A program made the position numbers and the translations under genes. 64,000 bases of DNA. It comes from an uncultured Myxococcales bacterium. Its GTDB lineage: Bacteria > Myxococcota_A > UBA9042. The notes below the pieces were generated by a model that worked only from the letters and a program-made list of their open reading frames with translations, ran no database searches and had not been told where the DNA came from. Below, piece after piece: positions 50,056-59,648 of this stretch. The stretch's first letter is position 1. The number at the start of each line of letters is the position of its first letter. The stretch covers positions 68,738 to 132,737 of the forward strand of contig CAIMEY010000121.1 in the NCBI GenBank assembly GCA_903840165.1, given 5' to 3'.

Positions 50056-50510
50056 GCGAAATCGTTGGCGAATTGTTTGTATAGCAAGGCTCTATCTTGC
50101 TGTTCTGTAAGCACTTTTCCCGATCGCCGCTTCAGCCCAAAACCCAGCCAGAGAACCGCGCCGGCTCGGCGGGGTGGCCAGGGCGAAATCATTGGCGAAT
50201 TGTTTGTATAGCAAGGCTCTATCTTACTGTTCTGTAAGCACTTTCCCCGATAGCCGCTTCAGCCCAAAACCCAGCCAGAGAACCGCGCCGGCTCGGCGGG
50301 GTGGCCAGGGCGAAATCATTGGCGAATTGTTTGTATAGCAAGGCTCTATCTTGCTGTTCTGTAAGCACTTTCTCCGATAGCCGCTTCAGCCCAAAACCCA
50401 GCCAGAGAACCGCGCCGGCTCGGCAGGGCGGCCAGGGCGAAATCATTGGCGAATTGTTTGTATAGCAAGGCTCTATCTTGCTGTTCTGTAAACCTATTTT
50501 CCGTCAAGCG
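50056..50510. repeat. Tandem array of a 127-bp unit, 3 full copies plus a partial one, each with an embedded hairpin (AGCAAGgctctatCTTGCT)
   Basis: Copies begin at ~50056, 50183, 50310 and 50437 and are more than 95% identical. The array abuts the stop codon of the upstream gene and ends at the 3' end of the convergent GMC oxidoreductase gene. Confidence 0.9.
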
Positions 50511-50518
50511 CTTCAGCC

Positions 50519-52180
50519 TCAGGCCGCTACGACGTCCGTCGGCACAACAGCTTGGCCGTTGGCGCTGGGGATGGCCGCCATGGCGTGCTCGGTCAGCGCC
50601 GTGATGGTCAGGCTTGGATTGACGCCTAAGTTCGCAGGCATGACCGAGCCATCGCACACGTACAGGCCCTGGTAGCCGTAGACGCGGTGCTGGGCGTCGA
50701 CGACGCCGTGGCCCTCGGCACCAATCGCGCAACCACCGAGAATGTGTGCGGTTGTCGGGATATCCAGCAGCACTTCATTGACGGCCGACATGGGGATGCC
50801 GCCGATCTTCTTGGCGACGCGACGCGCGACTTCGTTGCCGATGGGGATGTAGGTCGGGTTGGTCGGTTGCCCGGCGGGACGCTCGGTGGTGAGGCCACGG
50901 CTAAAGGGCCACCACCACTGGCGTTTCCATCGCGCATTCAGGCTGTTATCGAGGGTCTGCATCACCAGCAGAATCACGCCTCGCCGCGCCCAGCCGAACT
51001 TCCAGCAGGTGCCGAGAAATTGCAGTGGGTGGCCAATGACGGTCGCCAACCACCTGATTCCGCGTGGTATCTTGCCGCCGCCATCGGTCAAGAGCGTGGC
51101 CAGCAGGGACAGGGCGTCGTTGCCCTCACCGTAACGGACGACTTCGATGTGGGTGTGCTCGTCAAAGAAAGCGCCGGAGGTGATGGCAACGCCTTTGCTG
51201 AAATCGATGCCGCCCGAGGCCCCCATGGCGCCACAGATGGCCTCGCTGTTGGTGCGCAGCTTGTTGCCCAAGGCGTCGGGCAAATACGCTAGTGATCCTT
51301 TGTGCTTGCAGTCCATGAGCAGAGGCAGTGTTCCCATGACGCCGCCGGCACAGACCACGTGTTTGGCGCGCAGGCGTTGACGCTTGCCGAATAGTCGCGC
51401 TAGACCGATCGACGGGCGGATTTCTACTTCATATCCATTGCTTCCCCGGGTCTCGGCCCCGCCAATGCAGTGGATGGCGATGACTTCCCGCTCCGCCGTG
51501 ACCGTGGTGCCAAGGCGCTCGGCTAGGTATAAGTAATTGCGATCTAAGGTGTTTTTTGCGCCGTGCTTGCAACCGGTCATGCACGCGCCGCATTGAATGC
51601 ACCCCGTGCGCGCTGGCCCTTTGCCGCCAAAATAGGGGTCAGGCACGGTCTTGCCATTTTCTCCAAAGAAAACGCCCACATCAGTAGCTTTAAAGGTGTG
51701 AGCGGTACCCATGTCCTGGGCGATTTCGCGCAGCACATCGTCGGCCGGGCCAAAGACCGGGTTGGCCACGGCGCCGAGCATTCGTTGAGCCTGCCGGTAG
51801 TAAGGGCTTAATTCCTTTTGCCAATCTTCGCTCAGGCCGGCCCACTGCGGGTCGCGAAAGAAGGGCTCCGGCGGAATCAACAAGGTGTTGGCATAGACGA
51901 GCGAACCGCCGCCGACGCCCGACCCAGACAAGACCAGAACATCTTTGAGCAAACTAAGGTTGAGGATGCCGACGCAGTGCAAGAGCGGCAGCCACATCGA
52001 GCCAAAGACGTTCCAGTTTGTCTTGGGGAAGTCGCTGGGCGCCCAGCGTTTTCCACGCTCGATGACCTGTACGCGGTAGCCCTTTTCGGCCAGACGCAGC
52101 GCCGAGACACTGCCGCCAAAGCCGGAGCCAATGATGAGATAGTCGCAGTCAAAGCCTTCCGAATCACTCATATTTTCCAC
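50519..52180 (-). CDS. GMC-family FAD-dependent oxidoreductase (cholesterol-oxidase-like)
   Basis: The N-terminal motif YLIIGSGFGGSVSALRLAEKGYRVQVIERG is present, together with the conserved C-terminal His-containing region. Confidence 0.85.
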   Translation of the reverse strand: MENMSDSEGFDCDYLIIGSGFGGSVSALRLAEKGYRVQVIERGKRWAPSDFPKTNWNVFGSMWLPLLHCVGILNLSLLKDVLVLSGSGVGGGSLVYANTLLIPPEPFFRDPQWAGLSEDWQKELSPYYRQAQRMLGAVANPVFGPADDVLREIAQDMGTAHTFKATDVGVFFGENGKTVPDPYFGGKGPARTGCIQCGACMTGCKHGAKNTLDRNYLYLAERLGTTVTAEREVIAIHCIGGAETRGSNGYEVEIRPSIGLARLFGKRQRLRAKHVVCAGGVMGTLPLLMDCKHKGSLAYLPDALGNKLRTNSEAICGAMGASGGIDFSKGVAITSGAFFDEHTHIEVVRYGEGNDALSLLATLLTDGGGKIPRGIRWLATVIGHPLQFLGTCWKFGWARRGVILLVMQTLDNSLNARWKRQWWWPFSRGLTTERPAGQPTNPTYIPIGNEVARRVAKKIGGIPMSAVNEVLLDIPTTAHILGGCAIGAEGHGVVDAQHRVYGYQGLYVCDGSVMPANLGVNPSLTITALTEHAMAAIPSANGQAVVPTDVVAA

Positions 52181-52216
52181 CTTCTCTCAGTCGGGCTTGG
52201 CACAGCCAGGGTCCAC

Positions 52217-52279
52217 ATGCTACCGACCCGTGCCCAGATGCTACCGACCCGTGCCCAGATGCTACCGACCCGTGCGCTG
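52217..52279. repeat. Tandem 21-bp repeat x3 (ATGCTACCGACCCGTGCCCAG)
   Basis: Read directly in the sequence. It lies between the 3' end of the 52262..52918 membrane-protein gene and the start of the GMC oxidoreductase gene. Confidence 0.85.
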
Positions 52280-52918
52280 CCCTGACAATGGCTGCAGTAG
52301 CACGAGCCCCGCCGGCCGCAGTCGCCGCGTCGTCCACAAGGCCACCGGCGCGCCGTGCAGATAGATGCCAGCCAGCCACCAGGGCACCTGGCCAAGCCCT
52401 GGATGTAAATAGTGAAAAGCGCCCGTGCTCGCCAGCAAATGCTCATACGTGCAGCCGACCAGCGCTAGCCCCGCCCCATGCAACCACAACACGCGCCGCT
52501 CCGGCTGCCGGGCCGTGCGCCACAGCCAAGTCAGCCCGTAGCCCGCCGTCAGCGCCATGGGCCACTGCGACAGCAAACCGCTTGCGCCATAAGCGCCTAA
52601 AAACCAAAGCCAACTTTGCAGCAACTGGCCCCGCGTTGGCTCTAGCGGTTGCTGGGCCACGGCAAACAAGGCCGGCCCCTGACTCTGCAAAAACATGAGC
52701 AAAGCCGCTAGGCCGAACTGAGGGCCTACCCACCAAGCCTGCGCCAAGAAATCGGCATGGGCATAGGCAAGAATCTGACATTGCACGTGAATCTGATCGA
52801 ACAGCGCGCCAAGCACCGTGCCACCCAGGAGCACGACAACCCACTGCCAAAGGGGCGGCACCCAGTGCGGGCGGAAAAACTGCAGCAATCTCCAAGCATT
52901 CTGGGGCATTTGCCGCAC
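52262..52918 (-). CDS. Hypothetical Trp-rich polytopic membrane protein
   Basis: Six hydrophobic segments are present. No family was recognised. Confidence 0.4.
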   Translation of the reverse strand: MRQMPQNAWRLLQFFRPHWVPPLWQWVVVLLGGTVLGALFDQIHVQCQILAYAHADFLAQAWWVGPQFGLAALLMFLQSQGPALFAVAQQPLEPTRGQLLQSWLWFLGAYGASGLLSQWPMALTAGYGLTWLWRTARQPERRVLWLHGAGLALVGCTYEHLLASTGAFHYLHPGLGQVPWWLAGIYLHGAPVALWTTRRLRPAGLVLLQPLSGQRTGR

Positions 52919-52954
52919 CCTCCGCAGCGCCGACGCGCCCGTACCACCCGCAGT

Positions 52955-54295
52955 CTATAGGTTTTCACAGGGCTGCACGCAAGCAGCTTGCCCGTGGCAC
53001 ACCGCGGCGCACGACTGGCCAAGAGTGCGCAGCGCGGTACGCAGAGGTTCGCGGTCGCATTGCTCGGGCGCTAGCAGCCGGCAGGCGCTCCAGGCGGCCA
53101 GGGCCTGCTTCCACGCCCTTCTAGAAATTGCCTTATGGATCGTTTGGTTAGCCCCTTGTACTACACGCTTCTGGGTGCGCAAAAGACCGTCTATGCAGCG
53201 TGTTTCCTGGGGCACCAAGGTCTGGCACTGCTGCCAAGCCAAAGCCGCCTGCAGAGCGTTGCGCCGCTCCAGCGCCTGGGCCCTCCTAACCAGAGCCCCT
53301 ACCTGCAGTTGCACCAATTCCTGATACTGCGCGCTCACTTGATCGGCCAGGAGCAGGCAGCCACGATCGGCAGGTGCCAAGGCCTGGCACCGTTCGACGA
53401 AGATGCCGGCCATGCTGAAGTCTCTGCGCTCTAACGCTTTTTGCCCATTGTCGACGGCGAAATCCACACGCCCCTGCAGTACCGCCTGCCTCAGGCCATC
53501 ACACCGCACGTCATTGCGCGCCGCCAAGTCACAGCGCCACACGGCCAGCGCTGCGGCATCAAAGCGCTGTTCTTGCAAGGCGTTACGCACCGCCTCGACC
53601 TGTTCAGTCACAAAGGTATCGATGATGTGCTGTTGCAAGGCCTCGCAGGCCGGCGAAGGCCCATAGGCCAGACGGGTGCACGCTTCAATCGCCTGTTGCG
53701 CGCCGGCAAAATCATCTTGTACCAAAGCTGCTTGTGCTGTTTGCAGCAGGCGGTCTTGCTCGGCCCTGTCTGCCGCCCAGCGATCCTTGCGCGCTTGGGT
53801 GACGCGGCCATCGTCGCTGCCAACCCCATGAATCGCCAGCCAAGCATCCAGATCATCGAGGCTGCCTCGCGCGATCACAAGCAGCGCGCCGGCCTGGGCA
53901 GACGCTTGGATCGCCAGCGGCGCCTGCTGGCCCAGAACCACCTCAAGCAGCGGTTTACGATACGGAAACGTCTCGGCAGGCAGCGCTGTCAGCGGTAGCT
54001 CCGCGTGCCCCTGCGCATCGGTCACTAGGTCGAGTCGCCCGCGCTCACTGCGCACCTGCAGGGGCACCCAGGGCAAGGGTTCACACTGCGGACTCTCGGC
54101 ACATCCCAAGCACTTTTGGGTAGTTATATGCAGCCCCGCCGCATCCAGCCAGGCTTGCAGGGGCGGGCGAACCGTCAGAAGCGTGCAGGTCGGCGACAAC
54201 GGCTCGGCTGGAAACCGCACCGCGCCGCTACAGCTCATGCCCGCGACACAGCAGAATAGCGCAAGAATACCAAGCCATTGGTGCTGTAGCGTCCG
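52955..54295 (-). CDS. Hypothetical secreted/lipoprotein with helical repeats containing paired Cys
   Basis: A signal peptide is present (MRTLQHQWLGILALFCCVAGMSC). No family was recognised. Confidence 0.4.
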   Translation of the reverse strand, partial: RTLQHQWLGILALFCCVAGMSCSGAVRFPAEPLSPTCTLLTVRPPLQAWLDAAGLHITTQKCLGCAESPQCEPLPWVPLQVRSERGRLDLVTDAQGHAELPLTALPAETFPYRKPLLEVVLGQQAPLAIQASAQAGALLVIARGSLDDLDAWLAIHGVGSDDGRVTQARKDRWAADRAEQDRLLQTAQAALVQDDFAGAQQAIEACTRLAYGPSPACEALQQHIIDTFVTEQVEAVRNALQEQRFDAAALAVWRCDLAARNDVRCDGLRQAVLQGRVDFAVDNGQKALERRDFSMAGIFVERCQALAPADRGCLLLADQVSAQYQELVQLQVGALVRRAQALERRNALQAALAWQQCQTLVPQETRCIDGLLRTQKRVVQGANQTIHKAISRRAWKQALAAWSACRLLAPEQCDREPLRTALRTLGQSCAAVCHGQAACVQPCENL

Positions 54296-54413
54296 CATCT
54301 GAACTGCCTGGGAGAACCGCGCCATGGCCACAGAATTGCCGCTTTGGCCGCCGGGTGCAAACCGCGACCGGCTGTGGCAAAGTCGCCGCCTGCCGCACGC
54401 CGTGTGCGCTTGA

Positions 54414-55925
54414 TTGCGGGTGAACGTGACCAATTTTCAAGAACTTGCCGCTGCTGCTGCCGTCGATCTGAGCCGAGGGGATGCCGCAGCTCAACTCGCG
54501 GCCGCATTTTCGCCTGTGGCACCGGAACGCCGACTCTATTGCAATCGGACCCTGAACTTACGCGCGATCAAGGCCATCGGCTTTGACATGGACTACACCT
54601 TGGTCCACTACCGGGTCCGCGCCTGGGAAGGCAGAGCTTACGCGCACTTGCGGCAGCGCTTGCTCGCCCAAGGCTGGCCCGTGGCCGAACTTCAGTTTGA
54701 GCCGGACCGAGTCATGCGCGGGCTGGTCATCGACAAGCAGCTTGGCAACATCGTAAAAGCCAATCGTTTTGGGTATATCAAGACGTCCATGCACGGTACG
54801 CGGCCGCTCAGCTTTGACGAGCAGCGCCTGGCCTACGCCGACACGTTGATCGACTTGGTGGACACCTCGCGCTGGGTTTTCCTCAATACGCTCTTTGAGT
54901 TGTCAGAGGGCTGCATGTACGCGCAGCTGGTCGACTTGCTCGATCACAAGCAACTATCTGAAATCTTTAGCTATGAGGCGCTTTACAAAAAGGTCCGTTT
55001 TACGCTGGACCGCGCCCACGTCGAGGGTGAGCTCAAAGCTGAAATCCTTGCAAATCCAGAGATGTATGTCGATCTGGATCCCGATCTGCCTCTGGCCCTG
55101 CTGGACCAGCGGGAGGCGGGCAAAGAGCTGCTGCTCATCACAAATAGTGAATGGAGTTACACAGATGCGATGATGCACTACGCGTTTGACCGCTACCTGC
55201 CCGCAGGGCAGACCTGGCGCGACCTGTTTGCGCTGGTGGTGGTTTCGTCGCGCAAGCCATCGTTTTTCCAGAGCAATAATGTGATGTTTGAGGTAGCTAG
55301 CCCTGAAGGCCTGCTGCGTCCCTTGGACAACCCGCCTGAACTGGGCAAGGTCTACTTTGGCGGCACGGCTGAAAAAGTACAGCAAGCGCTGGGACTTGCC
55401 GGTGATGAGGTGCTCTACGTCGGTGACCACATGCTCAGCGACGTGCACCAATCCAAGAAGCTGCTCAAGTGGCGTACGGCGCTGATTCTTCGTGAAATTG
55501 AAGACGAATTGCTGGCACTGACGCCGTGGAAGCACGCCCAGCGGCGCCTGGACGACCTCACGGAAGAAAAGGAGACACTGGAATTTGCTTTTTCGCAACT
55601 GAGGTTACAGCGGCAGCGCCATCGCTCAGGCTACGGGCCCGATAGTGGGGCGCCCAAGGACTTGCAGGAACGCATCAACCTGCTACGCGAGCGCCTCGTG
55701 CAACTCGATGGAGAGATTGCTATTTTGGTCGCAGCGGCGGGACAACTGCACAATCAGCACTGGGGGCTGATGATGCGCGCTGGCAATGACAAAAGCCTGC
55801 TGGCGCGCCAGATTGAGGGCCACGCCGACGTCTACACCGGGCGCGTGTCGAATTTCTCGCTGGAAACACCCTTTGTGTTTCTGCGGAGTTTGCGCGGTTC
55901 CCTGCCCCACGACCATACGACCTGA
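54414..55925 (+). CDS. HAD-superfamily 5'-nucleotidase (cytosolic 5'-nucleotidase II-like, HAD-IG)
   Basis: HAD motif I is present (IGFDMDYTLVHY), together with downstream VGDHMLSDV (motif IV) and the overall ~480-aa architecture of the 5'-nucleotidase domain family. Confidence 0.7.
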   Translation: MRVNVTNFQELAAAAAVDLSRGDAAAQLAAAFSPVAPERRLYCNRTLNLRAIKAIGFDMDYTLVHYRVRAWEGRAYAHLRQRLLAQGWPVAELQFEPDRVMRGLVIDKQLGNIVKANRFGYIKTSMHGTRPLSFDEQRLAYADTLIDLVDTSRWVFLNTLFELSEGCMYAQLVDLLDHKQLSEIFSYEALYKKVRFTLDRAHVEGELKAEILANPEMYVDLDPDLPLALLDQREAGKELLLITNSEWSYTDAMMHYAFDRYLPAGQTWRDLFALVVVSSRKPSFFQSNNVMFEVASPEGLLRPLDNPPELGKVYFGGTAEKVQQALGLAGDEVLYVGDHMLSDVHQSKKLLKWRTALILREIEDELLALTPWKHAQRRLDDLTEEKETLEFAFSQLRLQRQRHRSGYGPDSGAPKDLQERINLLRERLVQLDGEIAILVAAAGQLHNQHWGLMMRAGNDKSLLARQIEGHADVYTGRVSNFSLETPFVFLRSLRGSLPHDHTT

Positions 55926-55934
55926 GGGGCTGCC

Positions 55935-57716
55935 GTGGGCAAAAACCGCACAGCGCAAGCACAATTCGTCGTCCCTGCGCGGACTCGAAGGCGCCTCGGG
56001 CCCTGGACCGTGGCGCTGTGCACGGCGTGGCTGAGCCAAACATCTGGATTTGCAGCGGAACCTCAGCCTCCCCCGCCGCCGCCCCCAGCGAGCGATGACA
56101 TGGCCGAGCCTACCGCGAAGCCTGCGCCGTCCCTGGCCCCGGGTGCCCAGAAGACGGCTAAACCCCTGCACTTGCAGGAACAATTCCCGGCTTTGGCTGG
56201 AGATTGCGAGTCCTGGTTGCGTCAAGGGCCGGAACAGGCCGCGGTCCATTGCGCCACGGTGGCCGCGCGGCAGAATTCCGATTCGGGCAGACAGCAGGCC
56301 GCTCAAGCGCTTGAAAATACAGGTCAATTCTCCCGTGCAGGCATGATCTGGCGGGCGATGAGCGGCTCGGCCCTGGGCGAGTTGGGCAAGGCGGTCACCC
56401 GGCGGGCAAACGCGATGGCTGAAGCGGAGTTAGGCCTAGTGGCACTGGCGTCCGGTCGGGCGGCGGATGCGGTCAAGAAGTTTCGCTCAGTAACGGTCGA
56501 TGCGGCTGCGCAAACCGCTGCAGGGATTACGCATTCGGCCGGCCTCTGGCTGGCCCTGGCCTTGGCTGAACAGGCGGCACGCCATGGTCCAGAGGCGGTG
56601 GCGGCACTACGCAAGGTCTTAGAACTAGGCGGTATTCAGCAGAAGTCGCGGGCTGCATGGCTTTTGCAGCATCCGCAGGCCCTTTGGCCCATCCTGGAGC
56701 GGCAGATGGGCGACACCGACGACGAGGCGCCCATCGGCACCGCACCTCTGCCAGGCGGCAACTGGGTGATCGCGGCCGACGTGTACGCACAGAGCCATGG
56801 CAGCCACAAGTTGCGTCTGTGGTACACCGATCCTAGTGGATTTACACGGCAATCCATTACCTGGGGCAGCGGCGGTGACGACCGACCCCAAGCCTTGGCA
56901 GTGACCAAGGAAGGCATCGTTGCGATCGCCGGAGCGAGTACTTTAAATGACAAAACAAGTGGTTGGCTTGTGACCTTTGACCGGCCGGGAAATCCACTGC
57001 GCGACCAACGCGGTGCCTGCAGCCGCCTGCCGGTCCTTATCGCCCTGCCCGACGGCTCCTTGTTCGTGGCTGGACAGAGCGATGATCTGCAAGGAAATTC
57101 TACCCTTTGCTACGGTCATACAGGGGCTGGAGCGGCGCTCGTGGCGCATACCGAGCCCGAGCCCTGGCAAGCGCGGGTCGGCGTGGCAGCGATGAGCAAG
57201 AAAGGTGGCGTCATCCTTGGCGAAATTGGCGCAACCGCGGTTCCCTCGGTGCGAGCGACGCTGCGCGACAATCAGGGGCAACGCCTTTGGCAAGTGCCCT
57301 TGCCGCTGACAGAACCCCTTGCCGTGACAAGCATTTCTCAAGGGGTACTGTTCGCCAGTGCTAACGCCCGCGGTCTCGACGTAGTCGTCGTCAGCGCCGC
57401 CGGCAAGGCCAAACCGCTGCAGCACCTGAACTTGGTGCAGGCGCAGACGCCGGTGTGGCTCACTAGCGCTGGAAAGTCTACACTTTTCGCTAGTTCGAAT
57501 GCCAATGGTCAATTCGGCTGGACTGCGGTTACGGCGGCCGGCAAGCCGGGCCCGTGGCATGAACTGCCGAATCTGCCAGGCGAATCGCTCATCGCGGCCG
57601 TCCAAACCAAGCCGGGAGCCGTATTGCTCAGCAGCCTTCGGCCTATGCCCGGCAATCCCGCCAATTCACAAGAGAATCCACGGGATGCGATGTGGCGGCG
57701 CATCAAGGTGCCCTAG
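55935..57716 (+). CDS. Hypothetical secreted protein (N-terminal helical region, C-terminal beta-rich region)
   Basis: A signal peptide is present (LGPWTVALCTAWLSQTSGFA) and a Pro-rich linker follows. No family was recognised. Confidence 0.45.
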   Translation: MGKNRTAQAQFVVPARTRRRLGPWTVALCTAWLSQTSGFAAEPQPPPPPPPASDDMAEPTAKPAPSLAPGAQKTAKPLHLQEQFPALAGDCESWLRQGPEQAAVHCATVAARQNSDSGRQQAAQALENTGQFSRAGMIWRAMSGSALGELGKAVTRRANAMAEAELGLVALASGRAADAVKKFRSVTVDAAAQTAAGITHSAGLWLALALAEQAARHGPEAVAALRKVLELGGIQQKSRAAWLLQHPQALWPILERQMGDTDDEAPIGTAPLPGGNWVIAADVYAQSHGSHKLRLWYTDPSGFTRQSITWGSGGDDRPQALAVTKEGIVAIAGASTLNDKTSGWLVTFDRPGNPLRDQRGACSRLPVLIALPDGSLFVAGQSDDLQGNSTLCYGHTGAGAALVAHTEPEPWQARVGVAAMSKKGGVILGEIGATAVPSVRATLRDNQGQRLWQVPLPLTEPLAVTSISQGVLFASANARGLDVVVVSAAGKAKPLQHLNLVQAQTPVWLTSAGKSTLFASSNANGQFGWTAVTAAGKPGPWHELPNLPGESLIAAVQTKPGAVLLSSLRPMPGNPANSQENPRDAMWRRIKVP

Positions 57717-57760
57717 AGCCAATGTGGACAGCGCACGATCGCGTGAATTGCGGGGCGTAC

Positions 57761-59242
57761 TTACTCAACGTCAGCGAAATCAAGGGGATCGCGCCCCGCG
57801 AAGTACGCCTTGGTCGGCCGGTTGAACAGGGCCTTGGTCGTCAGCACCAGCAGGCCGAAGGCGACAAACAGCACGCGCACGGCATACTTGGTGATGGCGT
57901 ACATCTGGTCTTCCTTCTCTAAATCATTGACGATCTTCCAGCGCCGAGCGAAGCCATCGACCACTGCGAACTCCCGCCGCGTCGCCTTGGACAGGTCGGC
58001 GTCGCTCATCCGGTCCACGTCGCGCAGCTTGGCCTCCAGTTCGCGTTTGCGTGGCTCATAGCGCTCTGAAATCTTAGTCAATTCCTGGAAATGACGGTCG
58101 GCCGCCGCGGATTCGGACTTGCGGTTACCCTCTGAGCGTGAATCGATGTCTGACTGCCTTTGCGCTTTAGTCTCAGCCAGTTGCTTTTGCAACGTCTCGC
58201 GGGCTGTGTTCAGGCGCAGCCATTCCGGACCGTGACCGCTGCGATGGCCGTCGCGCCAGCCCCTTTCCTCCAGCTGCAAATCCGTTGTTGTTTTATCGAG
58301 TTGTACCTGAAGCGCTTTGATCTTGTCGTCGAGTTGCGGCGTGGTCAGCTCGGAAAGGCGAACCTCCGGGGTCTCGTCCTTGACGCGCTTACGAGAACTG
58401 CCTTCTTCCCTATCCAGCTCCTCAATATCCTTATGAAAATCGGTGCGCATCTGCTGCCGGGCCTGCTCGCGAATGCCTTGCAGCTCCCCGTTGAGGCGCC
58501 CCTGGATCACGTCATTGAACACCAACATTTCCACGGGGATAGCCGTCACCGACGCGAACAGAATGACCACGCCGATGCGCATGAGAATCGCCGGATTGAG
58601 CATCAGCGGCAGTTTGCGGTTCTGCACGTCGGCCGTAATCACAAAACGCTCAAAAATCACGATGATCGAGGACACCAAGAAGGCAAAAAGCACAGCCAGA
58701 ATCCAGCCGGCTGGTCCCATGGCGTTGACGAAAACCCAGCGAAAGCCGAGGATCCAGGCCAGCATATCTATGCAGAATTGCACGAACATCAGCATGGCCG
58801 CAAAGCCGACCTGCGCCTGAACCGTGCGCGGCATGGGGCCGTGTTCGTCCAGAATCAGCAGGCGAATGATCCCGTACAACCAGGTCTGGGCGTAGAGGTC
58901 CATGTACGGTGCAACTTGGCGTCGCACATGGGGAATCTTGGGCGCTGTGGCGGCCGCGGCGTCAGACAGCTCCTGGGCTTGGCGGGCGCGGCGATTGGCC
59001 TCGATGACCGGCGATGGCTTCGGTCCAGGCGCGGTGGCGCTCGATGCGTCGAGGGGCGCAGACTCCGAGGAATCAGAAAAAATGTCTTCATTACTGGGAA
59101 GTTGCACACCCTCAGGCGGCGTCTCCTCGGGCGGTGGCACCACGCCCAGGGCGCGGGTCACCTCGTGACTGTCCGCGTCTATCGTTCGTGGATTCAGTGG
59201 CTTGACAGGCAATGTGGCCATAGAACTCCTGAGGCAAAGCAC
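57761..59242 (-). CDS. Membrane protein with central coiled coil (DUF4407-like architecture)
   Basis: A disordered N-terminus is followed by 3 transmembrane helices, a ~150-aa coiled coil and a C-terminal transmembrane helix. The family assignment is from memory of that architecture. Confidence 0.5.
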   Translation of the reverse strand: MLCLRSSMATLPVKPLNPRTIDADSHEVTRALGVVPPPEETPPEGVQLPSNEDIFSDSSESAPLDASSATAPGPKPSPVIEANRRARQAQELSDAAAATAPKIPHVRRQVAPYMDLYAQTWLYGIIRLLILDEHGPMPRTVQAQVGFAAMLMFVQFCIDMLAWILGFRWVFVNAMGPAGWILAVLFAFLVSSIIVIFERFVITADVQNRKLPLMLNPAILMRIGVVILFASVTAIPVEMLVFNDVIQGRLNGELQGIREQARQQMRTDFHKDIEELDREEGSSRKRVKDETPEVRLSELTTPQLDDKIKALQVQLDKTTTDLQLEERGWRDGHRSGHGPEWLRLNTARETLQKQLAETKAQRQSDIDSRSEGNRKSESAAADRHFQELTKISERYEPRKRELEAKLRDVDRMSDADLSKATRREFAVVDGFARRWKIVNDLEKEDQMYAITKYAVRVLFVAFGLLVLTTKALFNRPTKAYFAGRDPLDFADVE

Positions 59243-59648
59243 CGGCTGCCAGGGGCCAGGATCTGCTGTTGTCGCCGGTTGCCGGGGTCAAGCGCGACGC
59301 AATTCCTTGGCGGGGAACCCATTTTTCTGCAACACCGATCGGCAGTCCGCTGTTCCCGGGTGCGGCGCGATCATCGCGGGCGTCAACTGGCGATCCGCAG
59401 CGGCGGCACCAGTCTGGCAAAGGGGCGAAAGTATAGGGATGCCGCGGCGGCCTGTCTATGAATTTCAGGACAATGCAGCAACCATTTGAAAAGCAAGCAT
59501 AAATTGCATCCGGGCGCGGTCAAGGGGAACTGCATAGAAGAGTTCGAAAATTCTCAGTGCTTGACCTAGATCAAGAGCAAGATTACGCTGGATCAACGGC
59601 TTGTTCGGGGGAAGGATGGGGCCGCAGCCACCCACAATGGGGGAGCCA

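Noticed and set aside
50056-50510. Possible CRISPR array
   Set aside because: The units are 127 bp long and directly abutting. There are no unique spacers and no nearby cas genes. It is a tandem repeat, not a CRISPR array.
49944-50732. Minus-strand ORFs 49944..50192, 50219..50446 and 50346..50732 encoding repeated MISPWPP..YKQFANDFA peptides
   Set aside because: They are artefacts of translating the 127-bp tandem repeat. The identical peptides simply mirror the DNA repeat.
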